NCBI GenBank assembly: GCA_947258885.1
Contig: CAMYKD010000018.1
Span: 27,150 to 91,149, forward strand
Length of the DNA: 64,000 bases
Direction: 5' to 3'
Origin: an uncultured Kiloniellales bacterium
GTDB taxonomy: Bacteria; Pseudomonadota; Alphaproteobacteria; Kiloniellales; JAKSDN01
Both the position numbers and the translations under genes were made by a program. Positions 1-8,403 of the stretch are shown in pieces (the first letter of the stretch is position 1; every line of letters begins with the position of its first letter). A model generated the notes under the pieces. It did no database searches and had not been told where the DNA came from. It saw nothing but the letters and a program-made list of their open reading frames with translations.

Positions 1-468
1 GTCGCCCTGGTCTCGGCCGGGGCCAAGGCAATCCTCGACTTGGCGGGCACGCTCGAGGTATTGGAAACGCAGGGAGTCCCGGTGATCGGCTACGGCACGA
101 ACGAGTTTCCCGCCTTCTATTGTCGGCAGAGCGGTCTCCCGCTCGACGTCCAGGTAGACCGCCCGGAAGCCGCGGCCCGCCTGATACAGGCGCACTGGAC
201 GCTTGGTCTCGGCGGCCTCCTGATCGCCAATCCCCCGCCCGGGGCAGCGGCACTCGATCCGGTCGAAGTCGAAGCGCTGGTCGGCCGGGCCCTTGACGAC
301 GTGCGGTCCGCGCGCGTCGGCGGCAAGCGTCTAACGCCGTTCCTGCTCGACCGGGTCAACGAATTGAGCGGTGGCCGGACCCTGGAGGCCAACGTCGCCC
401 TGATCGAGGCGAATGCCGCCCTCGGCGCCGAACTTGCCGCAGCCGTTCTGGCGCTCGACCGCGGCTGA
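1..468 (+). CDS. psuG: pseudouridine-5'-phosphate glycosidase, C-terminal part (5' end outside window)
   Basis: Frame 1 is open from base 1 (VALVSAGAKAILDLAGTLEVLETQGVPVIGYGTNEFPAFY...). This matches my memory of the conserved C-terminal half of PsuG/YeiN (indigoidine synthase A-like) proteins. Stop at 466-468. Confidence 0.8.
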   Translation, partial: VALVSAGAKAILDLAGTLEVLETQGVPVIGYGTNEFPAFYCRQSGLPLDVQVDRPEAAARLIQAHWTLGLGGLLIANPPPGAAALDPVEVEALVGRALDDVRSARVGGKRLTPFLLDRVNELSGGRTLEANVALIEANAALGAELAAAVLALDRG

Positions 469-688
469 CAGGATTGGGGCAGAAAGCGCGAATTTCTGCA
501 AATTTATCAACGAACTGTCCGTTAACCATATAGCGGCTTGATCTCGGAAAAGGATTCTCGATCCGGGGTTATTTGGTTAAGCCTGATGCTTAATTTGTGC
601 GAAAGAGTTTTGCTGTATTCCTATGAACGGTGCGCGCGGGGATCGCCTCCCCGCTTTGGTCCGCCGCAACGAGAGAGCAGAGAGCCTC

Positions 689-3166
689 ATGGCCGACTCC
701 TTGAAAATCTGCGTAGTGGATGACGACCGCGACGTCGCAGAGGGTTTGGCCGAAATTCTCCAAATGGTCGGCCACCAGGTGCAGACCGTCTTCGCAGGCC
801 CGGATGCCCTGCGCGTCCTGGGCCAAGAAGATTTCGATATCGCCTTCATCAATGCCGAGTTGCCCGATCTGACCGACCTCGAGAGCTTCATGGAGGTCCG
901 CAAGATCAATCCCGGCATGAAGACTGTCATGATGACCGGCTACACCATCGAGCAGTTGCTCAGGCAGGCGGTGGGCAGCGGATCGGTGAACGTGCTGCAA
1001 AAACCCGTCACGATGGACGAGGTGGTGCGGGCCTTGGACGTGGCCAAGCCCAAGGGCATCGTCCTGGTTGCCGAGGACGACCCCGAGATCAGCGACAAGA
1101 TTCGAAATACCTTGGTTCTGCAGGAGTATCGGGTCAGGGTCGCCCATACGACCGGAGAAGCGCTGGATGCGGTTGGCGCCGGTGACTGCGACATCCTGGT
1201 TCTCGACCTACGTCGCCCCGTCATCGACGCATTGGAAGTCTATATCGAACTCGAGAAACAGGACCTGGGCCTGCCCACGATCGTGATCAGCACCCATCCG
1301 GACAAGCAAGCCGGTCCGATCGACGTACTGCGCGACCAGACCGTCACGGGGATACTGATCAAGCCCTTCGATCCGGCGCGATTGCTTGCGGCCCTGGAGA
1401 AGACGCACAAGAAAGGTGCTCCTGCCCCGGTCGAAGAAGAACCGCAAGAAGCAGATCGGGCCGAGGCCCGGGGCGGCCGTATCCTGGTCATCGATGACGA
1501 TCGGGACGTGGCCGAGGGTATGGCCGACGTTCTCACCGACATGGGTCATACCGTCGAGATCGCGCTTACCGGCAGCAAGGCCCTGGAGATCGCCGAACGG
1601 TTCGACGCGCAAATCGCGCTCGTCGATATCAAGCTGGGACGGACCAGCGGCCTCGAACTGATAGCCTCCCTGGAGAAGCTGCGCCCGGGCATCGTCAACG
1701 TCGTGATCACCGCCAACGCCGGCAAGGAATCCGTCATCGCGTCTATGCGCAGCGGGGCTTTCGACTTTCTCAACAAACCCACGCATCCACGGGATCTTTT
1801 CGCGGTGCTCGACCGCTGCTTCGAGAAGATAGACACGCAGAAGAATCAGACACGGAACGTACCCGCCGACGAGCCTTCGCCCGACCTTCGCGCCAGCGTG
1901 GGTCATGAACTCCGCGACCCGCTAAACGCGGTCATCGGATTCTCCGAGATCCTGGGCGACGAGATGCTGGGGCCGCTTGGCTCCGAGCAGTATGTGCACT
2001 ACGCCAAGGGCATCAACGAGGCCGGTCAGCATCTGACCACAGTCATCGACGACCTGTTCGAGGACAGCCAGGCGGAGTCCGGCATGATAGAATCGGGCGA
2101 ACCCCAGCCCGAGGCGCCCAGTTCAGAAGAAGCGGAACCGAAGCAGAGCGAGTCGGGCCAAACCGTCGAAGAAATATCGAACGAATTCGAGCCGGACGAT
2201 CCGGATCTCACCGAAACCACGGTAGAAGAACAGGAGGCGTTCGACCTCGGCCAGTCGGAAACCTTCGAGGCCCTTGCCGATGAGTCGGCGGCAGACGAAA
2301 CGGAGAACGTCGAGCCGCACACTTACGAGCCGCAATCGAGCGAACTAGAGCCGGACATGCCGGAATTCCGCGACCCCTTCGGCAATGAAGAAGAGGCCCA
2401 CTCGGCGGACTCCGGCGGACAAGACTATATCGCAGCCATGGCTGAAGACCCGGCGGCGGCCGAGACGGATACGGCCGAGTCCACTGCATCCGGTTCGGGC
2501 TCGAACGAACTCTATTCCGACCGGCCGGATATTGCTGCGCTCTTCGCCGAAGACCCGGAAGCACGCGAAGCGGACCCCGGACCGGCCGGACCTAATGGGC
2601 CGGAACCGGATGTGGCCCAGCCAGACCCGTTGGATCCGCAATTCCAGGATCCGGATCTATCGGGAATTTCAGCCGACGAGCCGTGGCAGGTGACAGAGGA
2701 CCTGGACAACCTGTTGTCCGGCGCGCTCGACTCCCTGGAACCGGACGTTCAGGACCCGGCCCTGAACGACCCGAACTGGGCCGAACCGTACGCCCCTGAA
2801 GTCGAACAGGCCGACCCGGAGTGGAGCGAACCGGAGCCATATGCGCCCCGGGACGACGCGGTCGGCCAGGACGCGCCGCTTGCAGACCAATCGGAAACAT
2901 ACGATGCGCCCGCCTCAGAACCGGACCCGGCTGAGCCCGAGGTCCATGATCCCGGCCCGAGCGAAGCCGCGTGGGACGAACCCGCGACGGATCGCCCAGA
3001 GATGCAGGGTCCAGTCCTCGACGAGTCCGGCGCACACGACGGGGACGGGAACGAGGACGAGGAAGACAAGGAAGACGAGGACAACGAGGAAGGCGACCGG
3101 AACGAGATCCAGAACGGCAACGGTCGCAAGATCCTGAAATTCGGGCCCTTCAAGAAAGTCATCTGA
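689..3166 (+). CDS. atypical multi-receiver protein: REC(pseudo)-REC-REC-HisKA/DHp without ATPase domain, plus ~370-aa Asp/Glu/Pro-rich tail
   Basis: ORF 623-3166. ATG 689 is preferred because it lies 5 aa before the first receiver. Three CheY-like receivers start at ICVVDDDRDV, IVLVAEDDPEI and ILVIDDDRDV. REC1 has Asn at the acceptor position (FDIAFINAELPD); REC2 and REC3 keep Asp (ILVLDLRRP, IALVDIKLG). An H-box (SVGHELRDPLNAVIGFSEIL) follows, but I see no N/G1/G2 ATPase boxes. The tail is extremely acidic and ends in basic RKILKFGPFKKVI. Confidence 0.85.
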   Translation: MADSLKICVVDDDRDVAEGLAEILQMVGHQVQTVFAGPDALRVLGQEDFDIAFINAELPDLTDLESFMEVRKINPGMKTVMMTGYTIEQLLRQAVGSGSVNVLQKPVTMDEVVRALDVAKPKGIVLVAEDDPEISDKIRNTLVLQEYRVRVAHTTGEALDAVGAGDCDILVLDLRRPVIDALEVYIELEKQDLGLPTIVISTHPDKQAGPIDVLRDQTVTGILIKPFDPARLLAALEKTHKKGAPAPVEEEPQEADRAEARGGRILVIDDDRDVAEGMADVLTDMGHTVEIALTGSKALEIAERFDAQIALVDIKLGRTSGLELIASLEKLRPGIVNVVITANAGKESVIASMRSGAFDFLNKPTHPRDLFAVLDRCFEKIDTQKNQTRNVPADEPSPDLRASVGHELRDPLNAVIGFSEILGDEMLGPLGSEQYVHYAKGINEAGQHLTTVIDDLFEDSQAESGMIESGEPQPEAPSSEEAEPKQSESGQTVEEISNEFEPDDPDLTETTVEEQEAFDLGQSETFEALADESAADETENVEPHTYEPQSSELEPDMPEFRDPFGNEEEAHSADSGGQDYIAAMAEDPAAAETDTAESTASGSGSNELYSDRPDIAALFAEDPEAREADPGPAGPNGPEPDVAQPDPLDPQFQDPDLSGISADEPWQVTEDLDNLLSGALDSLEPDVQDPALNDPNWAEPYAPEVEQADPEWSEPEPYAPRDDAVGQDAPLADQSETYDAPASEPDPAEPEVHDPGPSEAAWDEPATDRPEMQGPVLDESGAHDGDGNEDEEDKEDEDNEEGDRNEIQNGNGRKILKFGPFKKVI

Positions 3167-3271
3167 CAGTCGAGCGCCGGTATCGCGGGCGGACGCGGTC
3201 TCGCGGACGCGCGCGACCCTACCGACCGTTGAAGCGGTGACCGGCCGCAAGAGCCGCGCTATCCTGCCGAG

Positions 3272-5749
3272 GTGACCGCGCTATCCGCATTACCGGAGAA
3301 ACACCTCCCTCTGCCCCACCGCTTCGCCGAATGGTTCGCGGCGAAGGGCTGGCAACCCCACGCGCATCAGCTCGATATGCTGGCGGCGGCGGACTCGGGC
3401 AGGTCCGCGTTGCTGATCGCGCCGACCGGCGGCGGCAAGACCTTGGCCGGTTTCCTGCCCGCCCTGATCGACTTGGCGGAAAGCCCGCGCGACGGACTGC
3501 ACACGCTCTACGTCTCGCCCTTGAAGGCACTCGCCGTCGACATCCACCGCAACCTGACGCGGCCGATCCAGGAGCTGGGCCTCGACATTGACTGCGAGAC
3601 GCGCACCGGCGATACGCCCCAGGCCAAGCGCCAGCGCCAGCGTCGCCGCCCTCCACAACTTCTGCTGACCACGCCGGAATCGCTCGCCCTCCTGCTCTCC
3701 TACCACGACGCGCCGCAGGTGTTCGCAGGCCTGAACTCGGTGGTGGTCGACGAGTTGCATGCGCTGGCCGACAACAAGCGCGGCGATCTGCTGGCGCTCG
3801 GTCTGGCCCGCCTGCAAGGCTTGGCGCCCGGCTGCCGCCGGGTCGGCCTCTCGGCCACGGTGCACGACCCGCAGGCGCTGGTCGCCTGGCTCTCGCCGAC
3901 GGGGCGCCATGAGGACGCACCGCTCCGCCTGATCCAGGCCGGCGGGGGCGCCGCGCCCGAGGTCGAGATCCTGGGGACTCGCGCCCATCTGCCCTGGTCC
4001 GGACACATGGCGGTCCATGCCCTCGCCGAGGTCTTCGAGCGCATCCGCGCGGCACGCACCACGCTCGTCTTCGTCAACACCCGCGCCCAGGCTGAGATCG
4101 TGTTCCGCGAGCTGTGGCGGCTCAACGAGGAGGGCCTCGCGATCGCGCTGCACCACGGCAGCCTCTCGGCCGAACAGCGGCGCAAGGTCGAGGCGGCCAT
4201 GGCGCGCGGCGAGCTGCGCGCGGTGGTCGCGACCTCCTCGCTCGATCTCGGGGTCGACTGGGCGGCGGTCGATCTGGTGGTGCAGGTCGGCGCGCCCAAG
4301 GGCGTCTCGCGCCTGCTTCAACGCATCGGCCGGGCCAACCACCGCCTCGACCGGCCGAGCCGGGCGCTGCTCGTTCCGGCCAACCGCTTCGAGGTGCTGG
4401 AATGCCGTGCCGCGCTGGACGGCCTGCGCGCCGGCACCCTGGACGGCGACCCGGCCAAACCCGGCGGCCTCGACGTGCTGGCCCAGCACATCCTCGGCAC
4501 CGCCTGCTCCGGGCCCTTCGATGCCGAGACCCTCTACGCCGAGGTGACGCGCGCCGCGCCCTACGCCGCGCTCCCGCGCCCGGACTTCGACGACGTGCTG
4601 GCCTTCGTCGCCGACGGCGGCTACGCGCTCGGCGGTTACGAACGCTACCGGCGGCTCGGGCGAGACCGCGAAGGACGCTACCGGGTCGCCTCGCCGGCCC
4701 ATCTGCGCCGCTACCGCATGAACGTCGGCACGATCGTCGAAGCGCCGACGGTCCGGGTGAAGCTGAAGCGCGGCCGCATGCTGGGCGAGGTCGAAGAGCA
4801 CTTCGTCCGGGGCTTGGTCCCCGGCGACAGCTTCGTCTTCGCCGGCGAGCTCCTGACCTTCGAAGGCCTGCGCGAGACCTGGGCCGAGGTCATCCGCGGC
4901 CCTGCCGGCGGCGAACCCAAGGTGCCGGCCTACGCGGGAGGCCGCTTGCCGCTCTCGACCCACCTGGCCGAGCGCGTGCGCGCCATGCTCGAAGCCCCGG
5001 GACGTTGGCGTGACCTGCCGGCGAACGTCGCCGATTGGCTGTTCATGCAACGCCGGCGCTCGATCCTACCGCCGGTTGAAGGCCTGCTGGTCGAAACCTT
5101 CCCGCGCGGCCAAAAGCAGTTCCTGGTCGCCTACTGCTTCGAGGGGCGCAACGCGCACCAAACCCTCGGCATGCTGCTGACCCGGCGCATGGAGCGCGCG
5201 GGCCTGGGGCCGCTGGGCTTCGTCGCCACCGACTACGTGCTCGCGGTGTGGAGCCTCGAGCCCGTGACCGACGCGGCCGCGCTGCTCGACCAGGACATGC
5301 TGGGCGACGACCTGGAAGAATGGATGGCGGACTCCTCCATGCTGCGCCGGACCTTCCGCCAGGTCGCGGTGATCGCCGGCTTGATCGAGCGGCGCTATCC
5401 CGGCCGGGAAAAGAGCGGCCGTCAGGTCACCGTCAGCGCCGATTTGATCTACGACGTGCTGCGCAAGTACGAGCCGGACCACGTGCTGCTGCGCGCGACC
5501 CGGGCCGACGCCGCGGGCGGCCTGACCGACATCGGCCGCCTGGCCGGGCTGCTGGCCCGCGTCCAGGGTCGCATAACGCATCGCGCTCTGCCCCGGGTCT
5601 CGCCGCTCGCCGTGCCGGTCCTGCTCGAGATCGGCAAGGAACAGGTCACTGGCGCCGCGCTCGACGAATTGCTCGACGAAAGCGCGCGGGCGCTGATCGA
5701 GGAGGCCACGGGTAGGCTGCAGGTGATACAGGCGGAGCTGCCGCTGTGA
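3272..5749 (+). CDS. Lhr-like DEXH-box helicase (ligase-associated DNA damage response type)
   Basis: 825-aa ORF with GTG start. Helicase motifs present: APTGGGKT (Walker A), VVVDELHAL (DEXH), LSATV, QRIGRANH (motif VI), followed by a long Lhr-type C-terminal region. The stop overlaps the pdeM start (GTGA). Confidence 0.9.
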   Translation: MTALSALPEKHLPLPHRFAEWFAAKGWQPHAHQLDMLAAADSGRSALLIAPTGGGKTLAGFLPALIDLAESPRDGLHTLYVSPLKALAVDIHRNLTRPIQELGLDIDCETRTGDTPQAKRQRQRRRPPQLLLTTPESLALLLSYHDAPQVFAGLNSVVVDELHALADNKRGDLLALGLARLQGLAPGCRRVGLSATVHDPQALVAWLSPTGRHEDAPLRLIQAGGGAAPEVEILGTRAHLPWSGHMAVHALAEVFERIRAARTTLVFVNTRAQAEIVFRELWRLNEEGLAIALHHGSLSAEQRRKVEAAMARGELRAVVATSSLDLGVDWAAVDLVVQVGAPKGVSRLLQRIGRANHRLDRPSRALLVPANRFEVLECRAALDGLRAGTLDGDPAKPGGLDVLAQHILGTACSGPFDAETLYAEVTRAAPYAALPRPDFDDVLAFVADGGYALGGYERYRRLGRDREGRYRVASPAHLRRYRMNVGTIVEAPTVRVKLKRGRMLGEVEEHFVRGLVPGDSFVFAGELLTFEGLRETWAEVIRGPAGGEPKVPAYAGGRLPLSTHLAERVRAMLEAPGRWRDLPANVADWLFMQRRRSILPPVEGLLVETFPRGQKQFLVAYCFEGRNAHQTLGMLLTRRMERAGLGPLGFVATDYVLAVWSLEPVTDAAALLDQDMLGDDLEEWMADSSMLRRTFRQVAVIAGLIERRYPGREKSGRQVTVSADLIYDVLRKYEPDHVLLRATRADAAGGLTDIGRLAGLLARVQGRITHRALPRVSPLAVPVLLEIGKEQVTGAALDELLDESARALIEEATGRLQVIQAELPL

Positions 5750-6429
5750 GACGCGGTTCCGAGGTCCTGGTCAACGGCGTGGAGCTGCTGGCCGACGTTT
5801 CAGGAGCGCTCTACTGGCCGGCGCTGCGCACGCTGGTGGTCGCGGATCTGCATCTGGAGAAGGGCTCGGCATTCGCGGCACGAGGACAGCTGCTGCCGCC
5901 CTACGACAGCGCCGCGACGCTGCAGGCCCTGGCCGAGGTTATCGTCCGTCGCGATCCCGAGCGGGTCATCTGCCTGGGCGACAGCTTCCACGACGACGGC
6001 GCGGCCGGGCGCTTGGCGTCCGCCGACGGCGCGGCGTTGCGCCGCCTGACCGCCGCCCACGACTGGATCTGGATCGCGGGCAATCACGACCCTGTCCCCC
6101 CGGTCGCTTGGGGCGGGAAGGTCGAAACCCGGGTCACGCTGGGCGCGCTCGCATTCCGGCATCGGGCCGGCGGCGACCGCGCACCCGGGGAGATTTCGGG
6201 CCACTACCACCCCACGGCCTCGGTGCGCACGCGCGCCAGGCGGATCACTGGGCGCTGTTTCGTGGGCGACGGCAGGCGCCTGATTCTGCCCGCCTTCGGC
6301 GCCTACACCGGCGGCCTCGACGTGCTCGACCCGGCCATCGCCGGGCTTTTTCCGCGCGGCTTTTCGGTCCACCTGCTCGGCCGCGGCGCGGTCCACAGCT
6401 TCTCCGGGACGGCATTGGCGGCCGGATAG
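5746..6429 (+). CDS. pdeM: ligase-associated DNA damage response endonuclease PdeM (metallophosphoesterase)
   Basis: 227 aa. Calcineurin-like phosphoesterase motifs: VVADLHLEKG, CLGDSFHD, GNHDP, GHYHP. Translationally coupled to the upstream Lhr-like helicase. Confidence 0.85.
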   Translation: MRRGSEVLVNGVELLADVSGALYWPALRTLVVADLHLEKGSAFAARGQLLPPYDSAATLQALAEVIVRRDPERVICLGDSFHDDGAAGRLASADGAALRRLTAAHDWIWIAGNHDPVPPVAWGGKVETRVTLGALAFRHRAGGDRAPGEISGHYHPTASVRTRARRITGRCFVGDGRRLILPAFGAYTGGLDVLDPAIAGLFPRGFSVHLLGRGAVHSFSGTALAAG

Positions 6430-6683
6430 GTCCTGCGGGCCGGCGGCGACCCGTGGATCAGGAAGCCGATCGTCGGCGCGGGATTGCGGGTCGGTGCCAC
6501 CCATCACCGCTCATACCGGGGGCTCATGGGAAGTCAACAGATCGACCGGATCTGTGGCTGGGCCTGCGAGCACGCACCCTGAAACGAGATCTTTCGTTAT
6601 AGTTGCTTTCTTTTCAAGGATATTCTCCCTTCTCAACGTTCTGGGCCAGCCCCGTCAGGCAGTGCGGGCAATGATCTTTTTCG

Positions 6684-6708
6684 GGAAGAAATCGCCGGAC
6701 CGGGTGTT
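6684..6708 (+). promoter_or_regulatory. ECF-type promoter candidate upstream of G/S-rich gene 1
   Basis: GGAAG-AAATCGCCGGACCGGG-TGTT (GGAAG, N16, TGTT), ending 43 nt before ATG 6752. The same architecture recurs at 9664-9688(-), 9778-9802(+) and 11392-11416(+). The 16-nt block CGGGAAGAAATCGCCG is identical to the one at 11390-11405. Confidence 0.6.
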
Positions 6709-6751
6709 TTCTGAACAACGGCCATTGCAACTACAGAGTAGGTAAAATCTT

Positions 6752-7048
6752 ATGAAAAACAAAACCATAGCCGATGAAGCCGTCGAGACGAACGTCGACC
6801 TGGACCGGCGGCGAGCCCTTGCCCGTCTCGGGCTCGGTCTTTCGGCCGCCTACGCGGTCCCGGCCCTACTGACCTTGAGCCGCGGCGCCCACGCCTCGAG
6901 CGGCGATGGCGGCTCTGGCGGCTCGGGTGGCTCCGGCGGCGATAGCGGCTCCGGCGGCAGCGCCTCTGGCGCCAGCGTCAGCGGTCCGAGCAGCGACGAT
7001 CCGGCGGTCGTGTCGGACGGTAGCAGCGGCCCGTCCGTCGATCCCTAG
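6752..7048 (+). CDS. small Gly/Ser/Asp-rich protein 1 with conserved twin-Arg leader (candidate secreted protein or modified-peptide precursor)
   Basis: 98 aa: MKNKTIADEAVETNVDLDRRRALARLGLGLSAAYAVPALLTLSRGAHA|SSGDGGSGGSGGSGGDSGSGGSASGASVSGPSSDDPAVVSDGSSGPSVDP. It has a Tat-like RR n-region, an h-region and an AxA site. The core has no Lys, Arg or aromatic residues. Paralogous to the ORFs at 9890 and 11473. Confidence 0.75.
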   Translation: MKNKTIADEAVETNVDLDRRRALARLGLGLSAAYAVPALLTLSRGAHASSGDGGSGGSGGSGGDSGSGGSASGASVSGPSSDDPAVVSDGSSGPSVDP

Positions 7049-7065
7049 CCCTAGACAACTTTCAT

Positions 7066-7092
7066 CCGCCGGGCCCTTTACGGGCCCGGCGG
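7066..7092 (+). terminator. strong GC hairpin between G/S-rich gene 1 and the kinase-RRE gene (terminator/attenuator candidate)
   Basis: CCGCCGGGCCC-TTTAC-GGGCCCGGCGG forms an 11-bp perfect stem 18 nt after stop 7048. It is followed by GCTCTTTGT, which is only a weak U-tract. Confidence 0.5.
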
Positions 7093-7155
7093 GCTCTTTG
7101 TAGGATCCCCGACAGAGCGTGAGTCGAACAACGGCGTCGAGCCGGACGAGGCGCT

Positions 7156-8382
7156 GTGCCTGATAGATTGCTTCTCGAATTCGAAGGTCTGAGCCACCGG
7201 ATCGCCCTGCTGGACTGCCGCGAGGTCTATGCCTGCTTTCCGGGGGTGTTCCGCGGCTGGAAGATCCATGAAGCCGGAACCGCCGACCAACCCCCGATCC
7301 TGACCCTCGCGGGCTCTGGCGAAGGCTATACCCTGGAAACCCCCTGGCTCGACCAGCCGCTGGTGCGCCGCGACAAGATCGACGCGCTCTGCGGCTTCAT
7401 CGCCGAGTTCATCCGGGCCTATGTCAACGACGACCAGCGGCTGCTCTGCCTGCACGGCGCGGCAGCCGAGTTCGCCGGCAAACTCGTGGTCTTTCCGAAC
7501 CGCTACCGGGCCGGCAAGAGCGTGCTCTCCGCCTGCCTGGCGGCGGCCGGGGTGCGCCTCTTCGCCGACGACGTGCTGCCGATCGGCGGGCCGGACGACC
7601 TCGGCATGGCGCCGGGCATCGTGCCGCGTCTGCGGCTGCCGCTGCCGGACAACCTGACTCCGGCAACAAGGGACTTCCTGGAGGCCCGCCGGGGACCGAG
7701 CGGCAAGCGTTATCTCTACCTGGACTTGGCCGCGGCGGAACTCGCCAGCTACGGCACGCTGGCGCCCATCGGCGGTTTCGTGCTGCTCGAGCGGGAAGCG
7801 GGGGCGGATCTCGATCTCGCGCCGGTCGACCCGGGCGAGATGCTGCGCCAAGTGATCTGGCAGAACTTCGCCCGCGAGACCCCGGCGCCCGAGATCCTGC
7901 GGCGCCTGGAGCGCATCGTCGGTCGCGCCCGCTGCCTTCGCCTGCGCTACGACCGGGCGGACGAGGCCGTGGCCCTGCTCAAGGAAACATTCGCGAGCTG
8001 GCCCGCGGCCGCGGAGGATCCCGAAGGAGCGGTTCAGGATGCACATGGCCCGGGGCCGTCCGCGCCGACAGGGAACGTCCCGACCGGTTGCTATCTGCGC
8101 AATCCGGACATTACCGAAACGAAGGTGGGGGTGGAACACTTCCTGGCCGACTCGAAGGGCGCGGCGATCCACAACCTCAACGCCGTCGGCTCTGCGCTCT
8201 GGCAGCTCATGGCCGAGCCCAGGACCATCGATGAGCTGGTCGACCCGCTGCACGCCGCCTTTCCCGAGGTCGCTCGCACGCAGATCGAGCAGGACGTGCG
8301 CGCACTGCTCAAGGGTCTCATCGCCAAGCGGCTCGTGATGGCGGGATCCGAGGACATCCGGGGGCGCCAGAGCGCCTCGTGA
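7156..8382 (+). CDS. HprK-like serine kinase domain fused to C-terminal PqqD-family (RiPP recognition element-like) domain
   Basis: 408 aa, GTG start. The N-terminal ~300 aa carry HPr kinase C-domain-like motifs: LCLHGAAAEFAGKLVVF, the P-loop-like RYRAGKSVLSACL, and VRLFADDVLPI. The C-terminal ~90 aa are PqqD-like: AAIHNLNAVGSALWQLMAEPRTIDELVDPLHAAFPEVARTQIEQDVRALLKGLIAKRLV. Confidence 0.75.
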   Translation: MPDRLLLEFEGLSHRIALLDCREVYACFPGVFRGWKIHEAGTADQPPILTLAGSGEGYTLETPWLDQPLVRRDKIDALCGFIAEFIRAYVNDDQRLLCLHGAAAEFAGKLVVFPNRYRAGKSVLSACLAAAGVRLFADDVLPIGGPDDLGMAPGIVPRLRLPLPDNLTPATRDFLEARRGPSGKRYLYLDLAAAELASYGTLAPIGGFVLLEREAGADLDLAPVDPGEMLRQVIWQNFARETPAPEILRRLERIVGRARCLRLRYDRADEAVALLKETFASWPAAAEDPEGAVQDAHGPGPSAPTGNVPTGCYLRNPDITETKVGVEHFLADSKGAAIHNLNAVGSALWQLMAEPRTIDELVDPLHAAFPEVARTQIEQDVRALLKGLIAKRLVMAGSEDIRGRQSAS

Positions 8383-8403
8383 AAGGTGCCCCTGGAAAGC
8401 CGG

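Noticed and set aside
3290-5050. 586-aa ORF on the minus strand, plus the 278-aa ORF at 3219-4055
   Set aside because: Both are antisense to the well-supported Lhr-like helicase. They are Arg/Ala/Gly/Pro-rich with no motifs. This is the usual open-frame artefact of very high-GC DNA.
6890-7010. Periodic GGC/AGC/GGT repeats, also at ~10200-10350 and ~11620-11760, that at first resemble a microsatellite or repeat array
   Set aside because: There is no repeat-spacer organisation and the period is irregular. The repeats are in frame and encode Gly/Ser runs of the three paralogous ORFs. They are not a CRISPR array or a non-coding satellite.
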